Shown here one piece after another: positions 43,374-50,937 of a stretch of DNA of 64,000 bases. Made by a program: the position numbers and the translations under genes. How positions within the stretch are numbered: position 1 is the stretch's first letter; the number at the start of each line of letters is the position of its first letter. Below the pieces are notes generated by a model. That model saw nothing but the letters and a program-made list of their open reading frames with translations. It was not told the DNA's origin and made no database searches. Source of the DNA: Desulfobulbaceae bacterium UBA5121. Its GTDB lineage: Bacteria > Desulfobacterota > Desulfobulbia > Desulfobulbales > UBA5123. The stretch lies in assembly GCA_002414225.1 (NCBI GenBank), contig DHYV01000019.1, forward strand, positions 54,907 through 118,906. Direction: 5' to 3'.

Positions 43374-44618
43374 ATGGCGCTGGAACTGGGCAGGATCATG
43401 GTCGAGGAGGTCGTCTTGGGCGAGGCGACCTGGCTCGCCGGCCGGACCTTGGTGGTGGGGCGTGAAGAGCTTGACGATTTTCTTCGCGGCAGCGACGCAC
43501 GACTCGCCCGGATCGATGTCTCCCTGGCGAGCCCCGGCGACGATTGCCGGATCGTCTGCGTCAAGGATGTCATCGAGCCGCGGGTGAAGGTGGCCGGCGA
43601 CCGGATCGGCGTCGGCCGCACCCTTATCCTCAATGGGGTGGCGGTGGTCACCTGCGGCCAGATCGTCGGCTTCCAGGAGGGGATCATCGACATGCGCGGC
43701 CCGGGTGCGGCCCATTCGCCCTTCAGCCAGACCATGAACGTGGTGCTGGATATCGCGGTGGTCGACGGCCTCTCCCCCCACCAGCACGAGGAGGCGGTCC
43801 GGCTTGCCGGGCTGCGGGCCGCCGCTTTCCTGGCCGAAGCGGCGCGCAAGGCGCGGCCCGAGGCGGTGGCGTGTTACGAGGAACTCGTGGCGAGCGCCGG
43901 TTCCCCCTCACTGCCCCGGGTGGCCTATCTCTACATGCTGCTCAGCCAGGGTCTGCTCCACGACACCTATGTCCTGGGAGAAAACGCCCAAGGCGGGCTG
44001 CCCCGCGACATCTCCCCCCTGGCGCTCCTCGACGGAGCCATCACCTCGGGCAACTGCGTCAGCGCCTGCGACAAGAACACCACCTTTCATCACCAGAACA
44101 ATCCGCTCCTTGCCGAGCTGCTGGCCCGCCACGGCCGCGAACTCAATTTCGTCGGCGTGGTGCTCACCAACGAGCCGGTGCGCTTGGCCGACAAGGAAGC
44201 GTCGGCCCGTCGGGCCGTGGCCCTTCTCATGGAGCTGGCCCCGGCCGGGGTGGTGATCAGCAAGGAGGGGTTCGGCAACCCGGACGCCGACCAGATGATG
44301 TTGATCCGCGGCCTGGAGCAGGCGGGGATCAGGACGGTATCGATCACCGACGAGTACGCCGGCCCGGACGGCGCTTCCCAGTCCCTGGCCGATATCACCG
44401 CCGAGGCCGACGCCATCGTCTCGGCGGGCAACGCCAATGCACGCATCGTCCTGCCGGCCATGGCCCGCACCTTGGGGCCCCTTGCCGACCTGAGCAGGCT
44501 GGCCGGGGCCTATCCCCAGAGCCTGCGGCCGGACGGTTCCGTGGAGATCGAGCTGCAGGGATTGATCGGCGCCACCAACCAGCTGGGCTGGCAGCGCTTG
44601 CGGGCCAGGGAGGTGTAG
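43374..44618 (+). CDS. grdE: glycine/sarcosine/betaine reductase component B proprotein (GrdE/GrdG/GrdI-like)
   Basis: ATG at 43374 after AAGGGAGGG; 414 aa. GAITSGNCVSACDKNTTFHHQNNP contains the Asn-Cys (Cys228) expected for pyruvoyl-forming self-cleavage. The stop lies 3 nt before the grdB-like start. Confidence 0.8.
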   Translation: MALELGRIMVEEVVLGEATWLAGRTLVVGREELDDFLRGSDARLARIDVSLASPGDDCRIVCVKDVIEPRVKVAGDRIGVGRTLILNGVAVVTCGQIVGFQEGIIDMRGPGAAHSPFSQTMNVVLDIAVVDGLSPHQHEEAVRLAGLRAAAFLAEAARKARPEAVACYEELVASAGSPSLPRVAYLYMLLSQGLLHDTYVLGENAQGGLPRDISPLALLDGAITSGNCVSACDKNTTFHHQNNPLLAELLARHGRELNFVGVVLTNEPVRLADKEASARRAVALLMELAPAGVVISKEGFGNPDADQMMLIRGLEQAGIRTVSITDEYAGPDGASQSLADITAEADAIVSAGNANARIVLPAMARTLGPLADLSRLAGAYPQSLRPDGSVEIELQGLIGATNQLGWQRLRAREV

Positions 44619-44621
44619 GGA

Positions 44622-45941
44622 ATGGCGATACGGGTGGTGCACTATCTGAACCAGTTCTTCGGCGGCCTGGGCGGCGAGGAGCAGGCCGGAGTCGGTCCCT
44701 CCCTGGTGGCCGGCGCCAAGGGGCCCGGCATCCTGCTGGAACGGCTCCACCCGGATCTCTTGGTGGTGGCCACGGTGGTCTGCGGCGACAACGCCCTGGC
44801 CGAGCGTCCCGAAGCCATGGTGGCCGAGATCCTCGACCTGCTGGCGCCTTTGTTTGCCGCCGGTCAGGAGGAGCGGCCGCAGCTGCTCGTCGCCGGCCCC
44901 GCCTTTAACGCCGGCCGGTACGGGCTCGCCTGCGGCGCGGTCTGTCAGGCGGTGGCCGAGCGGTACGGGATACCGGTGGTCACCGCCATGGCCCCTGAAA
45001 ACCCCGGGGTCGAGCAGTACCGCCACGCGGTGCCCATGGTCGCCACCGCCCTGGACGTGGGCGGCATGGCGGCGGCGCTTGGCGGCATGGCCGCGCTGGG
45101 CGGGAAGCTTGTCAAAGGTGTGGAGGTACTGCCGGAACGGGACGGCTATCTGCCCCAGGGGTTGCGCAGAAACGTCTGGGCGGCCGAAAGCGGGGCGCAG
45201 CGGGCGGTGGCCATGCTGCTCGCCAAGCTGCATGGCGAGCCCTTTGCCACCGAGTACGCCATGCCGGTCTTCGACCGGGTGGAGCCGGCCCCGGCCATTG
45301 CCGACCTGAGCCGCGCCACCCTGGCCCTGGTCACCTCGGGCGGCATCGTCCCCCGGGGCAACCCGGACCGCATCGAGGCGGCCAACGCCCAGAAGTACGG
45401 CGCCTATTCGCTCACCGGCCTGGCGGCCTTAAGCCCGGCAAGCCATCAGACCGCCCACGGCGGCTATGACCCCACCTACGCCAACGACGACCCCAACCGG
45501 GTGCTGCCCCTGGACGCGGTGCGGGAACTCGAGGCAACGGGCCGCATCGGCCGCCTCCATGAAACCTACTTTGCCACCGTGGGCAACGCCACCTCGGTGG
45601 CCAACGCCCGCCGTTTCGGCCAGGAGATCGCTCACCGGCTGCTGTCGGCCCGGGTGCAGGCGGTGATCCTCACCTCCACCTGAGGTACCTGCACTCGTTG
45701 CGGGGCAACGATGGTCAAGGAGATCGAACGGGCCGGGATCACGGTGGTGCACTGCTGCTCCATCGTTCCCATCTCGCTCACCGTGGGCGCCAACCGCATC
45801 GTGCCCACCGTCGCCATTCCCCACCCCTTCGGCGACCCGGCCAAGACGGTTGCCGAGGAGCGGGCGCTGCGGAGGCAGCTGGTGGAGCGGGCCCTCCAGG
45901 CCCTGGCCACCCCAGTGAGCGGCCAGCAGGTTTTTTCCTGA
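44622..45941 (+). CDS. grdB: glycine/sarcosine/betaine reductase selenoprotein B (GrdB/F/H-like); in-frame UGA at 45681-45683 read as selenocysteine
   Basis: N-terminus MAIRVVHYLNQFFGGLGGEEQA. Track ORFs 44622..45683 and 45711..45941 are in the same frame. Read-through gives TST-U-GTCTRCGATMVKEIERAGITVVHCCSIVPISLTVGANRIVP (UxxCxxC). Confidence 0.85.
45695..45711 (+). promoter_or_regulatory. SECIS-like hairpin downstream of the grdB UGA
   Basis: Perfect stem tcgttgc / gcaacga with a GGG loop, starting 11 nt after the UGA. Confidence 0.5.
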
Positions 45942-45948
45942 AATTTCC

Positions 45949-46404
45949 CTATTCTTCCCGCTTCTCCCCCAGGGTCTTGAGGATGGCGGCCAGGGCCTCT
46001 TCCTCCAACTCCAGCTCGTAGATGGCCATCTGTTCCTCCCACACCGGGGCCGGGATTTCTCCTTTCAGCTCCATGATGTGGTAGGTGGCGAGCCCCAGTC
46101 CGACCCCGGCCAGCGGCCCGGCAAAGCTCGGGTCGCCGCTGCGGAAGGTGGTGGCCATGATGGCCAGGGCGCTGGGCTGGTTGATGCCGGTCACCACCAG
46201 CAGTTCTTGGTTGCCGTACCGTTCGGCAAGGTTCTTGACCTCTTCCTGCTCCGTAAAACTTACGGCGCCGGCCGCGGTTCAGACAAAGCAGGCGGTGGCC
46301 TCGTAGAGGATCTCGCAGCCCGCCGCTCGCAGACAGGCGGCGATGGTGGTCCCGGAGATATCATCCCGTTCGCCAAAGACGATGGCCTTCTTGCCCTGCA
46401 GCAT
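45949..46404 (-). CDS. grdA: glycine reductase complex selenoprotein A; in-frame UGA (plus-strand 46279-46281) read as Sec42
   Basis: Manual translation from ATG 46404 (AAGGGAGG RBS): MLQGKKAIVFGERDDISGTTIAACLRAAGCEILYEATACFV-U-TAAGAVSF...GDPSFAGPLAGVGLGL.... This carries the CxxU motif of GrdA. The track shows only the part after the UGA (45949..46197). Confidence 0.85.
46251..46265 (-). promoter_or_regulatory. SECIS-like hairpin downstream of the grdA UGA
   Basis: Minus-strand ccgtaa-gtt-ttacgg, starting 13 nt after the UGA. Confidence 0.4.
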
Positions 46405-46435
46405 GGTTCATACCTCCCTTGCCCTGATTCAGTTG

Positions 46436-47905
46436 TCAGCTGGTACCGGCCCGCGGGTTCCGTTCCATGATGAAGGAAACCCCGTCCAGCAGGTTGGTGC
46501 AGCGGTTGAGAAAGATGCTGGCCCGGGCCAGGAACATGGCCCGCCTGATCTCGCCCCGCGCCATGGCCGCCATGGCGTGGCCCAGGTAGGGAACGGCCGA
46601 GGGGATGTGGCCCTGGGTGGGGGCAAAGCCGACCATGCCCACCCGGCCGATCCACGCCTCCATCTCCTCCTTGGCCAGTTGCCCGGCCCGCACCGCCATG
46701 GCCGCGATCTTGCGGTAGTTCTTTTTGGTCACGTCGCCGGAGCCGGCAAACTCGGTGATCTCCGGGTTCTGCAGCTCCGGGGCAAAGCGGTCGATGTCGG
46801 TGAGCTTGAGCCCCAGGGCCGTGAGCGGCGCCAACAGGTAGTGGCGGAAGACCGCCTCGTCCGAGGTGCTGGCCGCCACCGGCACCTTGCCTACCGCCCC
46901 CGGATCCAGGCGGATGACGGGATTTTCGCCGTCGTCCTCGCCGACCAGGAAGGCCATGGCGGCCAGCGCGTCGTCCAGGATCGGCATCTCGTGGTCGAGA
47001 AAGGCCTGGAACTTCATGCCCAGCTTGGCAAGCGAGCCGCCGCCCACCACCACCACGCGGCGGTGGACCCCGGCCCGGACCAGGGCCGCCGCGGTGATGA
47101 TGGCCGAGGCCGGGGCGGCGCAGAAGTTCTTGAGGTCCATGCCCGAGGCGTTAGGGCAGCCGCAGAGTTCGGCGATCGCCTTGGCCATGCCGCCGCCGCC
47201 CCGCTGGTAGCGGTCGCCGCATGCCTCCTCGCCGCAGCTGATCACGAAGTCGACCTCTTCCGGGTCGATTCCCGCCCGGTGGAGGAGCCAGGTCAGGGCC
47301 AGGCCGCCCGAGGCCTTGGTGCAGAGGTTTTCCAGGAGATGGTGGGCGGCGAGGTTCTCATCGTCGCTGCCCTCGGCCCGCAGGTCGCCGTGAAAAGAGC
47401 CGAAGACTTCGTCGTGCAGGGTGAGGGGCAGGGCCGCCGCCGGTGCCGCGGCCGGGGCGCTTTCCATGGACCGGTCAGCGAGATCGGCGCCGAAATGGGC
47501 CAGCAGGGGATGGCCGGCCAGCCGGCGGGCGAGCCGCTGCCGGTGCGTGTCGTCGCAGATGAGGAGGGGGGGCTGCAGGGCGTCGGCCCGGAGCAAGAGG
47601 CCGTAAAAGGTTTCCTGGTCGATGATCTCGCCAAAGGGGCCACGGCTGGGCGCCTTGGCGTCCGGCGGTGGCCGGAACCAGGGGCGCTCAATGCCGCCCA
47701 GTGCCTCCGGGCTGAGGTTGCCGATGAAGGTCTGGTTGGCGGGGTAGGAAACGGCCTCCTTAAAAGAGCGCAGCCGGTGGGCGAGTTGGCTGGCGAGCTC
47801 CGGCGCCCTGGCCAGTTCCCGACGCGGCTTGGAGCCGTACCGCACCAGATCCGGCACATGGGCAAGGCAGTAGGCAACACTCTTGATCACCGGCCAGCTG
47901 GGCAT
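46436..47905 (-). CDS. grdC: glycine reductase complex component C, beta subunit-like (GrdC)
   Basis: 489 aa. N-terminus MPSWPVIKSVAYCLAHVPDL; CGEEACGDRYQRGGGGMAKAIAE; MVGFAPTQGHIPSAVPY. 31-nt gap to grdA. Confidence 0.8.
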   Translation of the reverse strand: MPSWPVIKSVAYCLAHVPDLVRYGSKPRRELARAPELASQLAHRLRSFKEAVSYPANQTFIGNLSPEALGGIERPWFRPPPDAKAPSRGPFGEIIDQETFYGLLLRADALQPPLLICDDTHRQRLARRLAGHPLLAHFGADLADRSMESAPAAAPAAALPLTLHDEVFGSFHGDLRAEGSDDENLAAHHLLENLCTKASGGLALTWLLHRAGIDPEEVDFVISCGEEACGDRYQRGGGGMAKAIAELCGCPNASGMDLKNFCAAPASAIITAAALVRAGVHRRVVVVGGGSLAKLGMKFQAFLDHEMPILDDALAAMAFLVGEDDGENPVIRLDPGAVGKVPVAASTSDEAVFRHYLLAPLTALGLKLTDIDRFAPELQNPEITEFAGSGDVTKKNYRKIAAMAVRAGQLAKEEMEAWIGRVGMVGFAPTQGHIPSAVPYLGHAMAAMARGEIRRAMFLARASIFLNRCTNLLDGVSFIMERNPRAGTS

Positions 47906-48250
47906 GAATTCCTTTCTCTCGCCGAAGGAGACACCGATTGCCTGACTCCCTGGAGTTGGCTTGTGTGCCGCGTTCCAGCGCCATCTTTTCTTCTAATATA
48001 CATGAGTTGTCGGGTTCGCGGCGGTGATTTTAGCGTCTTGCAGATACTGAGCCACCGGCCGTTATGTCTTGGCCTGCCGGCATGATGCGGGGAGGGCGGA
48101 GCGGATGGCCGCCCTCCAGCCTCGGAGCGCCTCGCGTCACCCTGCTGTCCCCCTCGGTAAAAGGGGGATCTTCCGGAACCTGCCCGCCTTTTTTCGTTTT
48201 TTCGCCTTGTTCTGCTTGTGATGCGAGTCCGCCAGTTGTAAATACAGGCT

Positions 48251-48943
48251 ATGTCCTTGATCTGCGACAGTATTGGCTTCACCTATCCCGACGCCGCGCT
48301 CCCACTTTTTTCCAATGTGTCGTTCCGGTTGCCGGCACCGGGCTTTCATGCCTTTTTCGGACCATCAGGGGTGGGGAAGACCTCGCTGGCCAGGATCATC
48401 ACCGGCGGTATCGGCCGCTTTTCCGGCACGGTTACCAGCGCCGGCCTCAGAACCCTCCTCTACTCCTACAACACCGAGCGGCTCCCCGGCTGGTCCAGCG
48501 TCGGCCGCCACCTGGAACGGGTCATCCCGCCTTCGCAGCACCGCCGCCTGGCGGAACTGGTGGAAATCTTCGGGCTCGCCGACTGCATCGGCTCCCGCTT
48601 CAACCGCCTCTCCATGGGGCAGCGCAACCGGGTCAACCTGATCCGCTACCTGCTCCAGGACTGCGACCTGCTGATCATGGACGAGAGCCTGGCCAATGTC
48701 GATGAACTGACCCGGGAAAAGATCATCCTGGCCGTGAAGGCGCTCTTTCCCGAGCGCTACTTCATCTATATCTCCCACAACGTCACGGAGGTCGCCAGGT
48801 TTTGCGATGCGATCCTGGTCTTTCGCAGCGCCGACAAGGCGCCGCAGACCGTGATGGTGCAGGGGGGCAACCTCCGGGACGGGGAGAGCCTGTCGCGCTC
48901 GGCCCTGGACGCCACGCTCCTGGAGATCATGAATGCTGCCTAG
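48251..48943 (+). CDS. ABC transporter ATP-binding protein (NitT/TauT-like)
   Basis: Walker A GPSGVGKTS, signature LSMGQRNR, Walker B LLIMDES. 11-nt overlap with the permease gene. Confidence 0.9.
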   Translation: MSLICDSIGFTYPDAALPLFSNVSFRLPAPGFHAFFGPSGVGKTSLARIITGGIGRFSGTVTSAGLRTLLYSYNTERLPGWSSVGRHLERVIPPSQHRRLAELVEIFGLADCIGSRFNRLSMGQRNRVNLIRYLLQDCDLLIMDESLANVDELTREKIILAVKALFPERYFIYISHNVTEVARFCDAILVFRSADKAPQTVMVQGGNLRDGESLSRSALDATLLEIMNAA

Positions 48944-49691
48944 GCGGATCCTCCAGTTCCTGATCATCTACTGTCTCTTCATCGGCACCCTCATGCTGGT
49001 CAAGTATGGCTTACGGCTTTCCGATTACGTGATCCCGGCGCCCGCGGCCATCTTCCAGACCCTGCTTGCCGAGTACCGCCAGTACACCCTCGCCACCATG
49101 AACACCTTGACCGTGGCGGTGGTGGGCCAGGTGCTGTCGGTGATCCTGGCGTTCGCCATCGGCATCGTCGGCCGGCGCTCCACCTGGTTCGGCTCCTTCA
49201 TCAAGGTCGCCGCCTACAATATCCAGGCCTATCCCATCGTGGCCCTGGCCCCGATCCTTTTCATCCTGCTGGGCGACGGCTTCCTCACCCGGCTGCTGAT
49301 CGCGGCCATGATCTGTTACTTTCCGGTGCTCCTCTCGGTGCTGGGGATTATGTCCAAGCCGGTGGAGGACATCGAGCATTTCTACCGGGCCACCGGCAAG
49401 ATGCGTTGGCAGCTGGAGGTCAAGATCCGGGCCTTTGAAAACCTCTCCCAGCTGACCACGGTGATCTCGGGCAGCGCCACCCTGGCCATGGCCGGCACCA
49501 TCGTGGCGGAGTTCATCGCCGCCGATGCCGGCATCGGCTACAGCATCCGCATCGCCCTCTACCAGAGCGATCTGGGCAAGATCGTGATCGCCCTCTTCCT
49601 GATCGGGATCACCATCGCCGCCTACCAGGGGCTGCTGGAGCTGCTCGGCTCGGCGGTGAAACGGGCCTGGACCGGCAATGCCCTTTCGTAA
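48933..49691 (+). CDS. ABC transporter permease (NitT/TauT-like)
   Basis: 252 aa, about six hydrophobic helices, with an EAA-like loop region (ATGKMRWQLEVKIRAFENL). Confidence 0.9.
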   Translation: MLPRRILQFLIIYCLFIGTLMLVKYGLRLSDYVIPAPAAIFQTLLAEYRQYTLATMNTLTVAVVGQVLSVILAFAIGIVGRRSTWFGSFIKVAAYNIQAYPIVALAPILFILLGDGFLTRLLIAAMICYFPVLLSVLGIMSKPVEDIEHFYRATGKMRWQLEVKIRAFENLSQLTTVISGSATLAMAGTIVAEFIAADAGIGYSIRIALYQSDLGKIVIALFLIGITIAAYQGLLELLGSAVKRAWTGNALS

Positions 49692-49700
49692 GGAGGAACG

Positions 49701-50705
49701 GTGAAGAACGGAACAGAAAAGAGAGTGCTGGCGGCCTGGCTGCTGCTGGTGGCGATCCTGTGGAGGAGCAGCGCCTTGGCCGCTGACAAGGTGACCTACC
49801 GGCTGAAATGGCTCTACAACGTCAGCGTGGTGGGGGCGCTCTACGCCCAGACCCATCACCTGTTCGAGAGGGCGGGGCTTACCGTGGAGGTCAAGTCGGG
49901 CGGGCCTGAGCGGGACGCCATCCGGGAGCTGGAGCTGGGGTATGCGGATTTCGGCGCCGCCTCGGCCGATCAGGTGCTGCGGGCCCGGGCCAAGGGCTCG
50001 CCGGTGGTGGTGATCGCCCAGTTGTTCCAGGTCAATCCGCTCCAGTGGCTCTATCGGCCGGCTGAGGTGCGGATCGGAAAACTTGCCGACCTCAAGGGCA
50101 AGGTCATCGGTGTGACCTACGGCGGCAACGACGAAACCATCATGCGCACCCTGCTCGGCAAGGGCGGCATCACGACCGGCGAGGTGGACCTGTTCAGCGT
50201 CCGCTTCGACTACACGCCCTTCTACCGCCACCGGGTGCAGCTCTGGCCGGTGTACCGCAACGCCCAGGGGCCGATGATCAGCGACCAGCTGGCCAAGGCC
50301 GGGGAAGCAACCGCTTACTTCAATCCCGCCGATTTCGGGGTACGGTTCGTGGCCAACTCCGTGGTCACCGAGGCGCGCACCTTAGAGGAAAAGCCCGAGC
50401 TGGTGCAGCGGTTTCTCGCCGCCCTGCTGGCGGGCTGGCAGCAGGCGCTTGATCCCAAGAACGAAGAGGAGGCCATCAAGACCCTGCAACAGTTCGATCC
50501 GGACACCAGCTCACGGCCGATCCTCGCCGAGCAGTTGCGGATCACCCGTGAGCTGGTGCAGCCCACCCCAGGTTTTGCCATCGGCACCATCGATCACCAG
50601 GCCTGGGAACAGACCGAGAAGATCATGCTGGGCCAGAAGCAGCTCTCCCGGCAGGTCGATCTCAAGGCGGTTCTCAAGCCGATTGCCGTTCTCTCTGGCC
50701 GATAA
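49701..50705 (+). CDS. ABC transporter substrate-binding protein (NMT1/SsuA/TauA-like)
   Basis: GTG start 5 nt after AAGGAGG; signal peptide ending SSALAADK; 334 aa. Confidence 0.85.
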   Translation: MKNGTEKRVLAAWLLLVAILWRSSALAADKVTYRLKWLYNVSVVGALYAQTHHLFERAGLTVEVKSGGPERDAIRELELGYADFGAASADQVLRARAKGSPVVVIAQLFQVNPLQWLYRPAEVRIGKLADLKGKVIGVTYGGNDETIMRTLLGKGGITTGEVDLFSVRFDYTPFYRHRVQLWPVYRNAQGPMISDQLAKAGEATAYFNPADFGVRFVANSVVTEARTLEEKPELVQRFLAALLAGWQQALDPKNEEEAIKTLQQFDPDTSSRPILAEQLRITRELVQPTPGFAIGTIDHQAWEQTEKIMLGQKQLSRQVDLKAVLKPIAVLSGR

Positions 50706-50937
50706 TCGGTCTGGCCGGCGCCAAGCTTCTTTCCGGAATTTGCGCACCGGCCTCCCCCTCGCCCGGGTACGGACTACAAGGGGCAAGCCGGCAGTGACCG
50801 TGAATGTGGCCTGTCGGCTGATTTACCACGAGGAGGTGGCGACTCTGCGAGGAATTGTGCCGTGTGGGCAGGGAACGATTGGAGACAGACCGCAACCGCC
50901 CCGGAGGCCGACGCGACCCCGGGCGGTTGCTATGTTT

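Noticed and set aside
43544-44908. 454-aa alternative-frame ORF over grdE/grdB, plus the antisense ORF 43908..45233
   Set aside because: Extreme Arg/Pro/Gly composition. The grdE- and grdB-like frames give conserved protein text.
47916-47955. Glycine-riboswitch-like words near the grdC start (plus strand CGCCGAAGGAGACA; minus strand GUCAGGCAA)
   Set aside because: The two conserved-looking words lie on opposite strands. I could not assemble a complete aptamer (GGAGAG ... CCGAAGG.GCAA ... CUCAGGCAAAAGGAC) on either strand. This needs a covariance-model scan and is not reported as a feature.
46343-48085. 580-aa ORF antisense to grdC
   Set aside because: Shadow ORF. The minus strand matches GrdC along its whole length.
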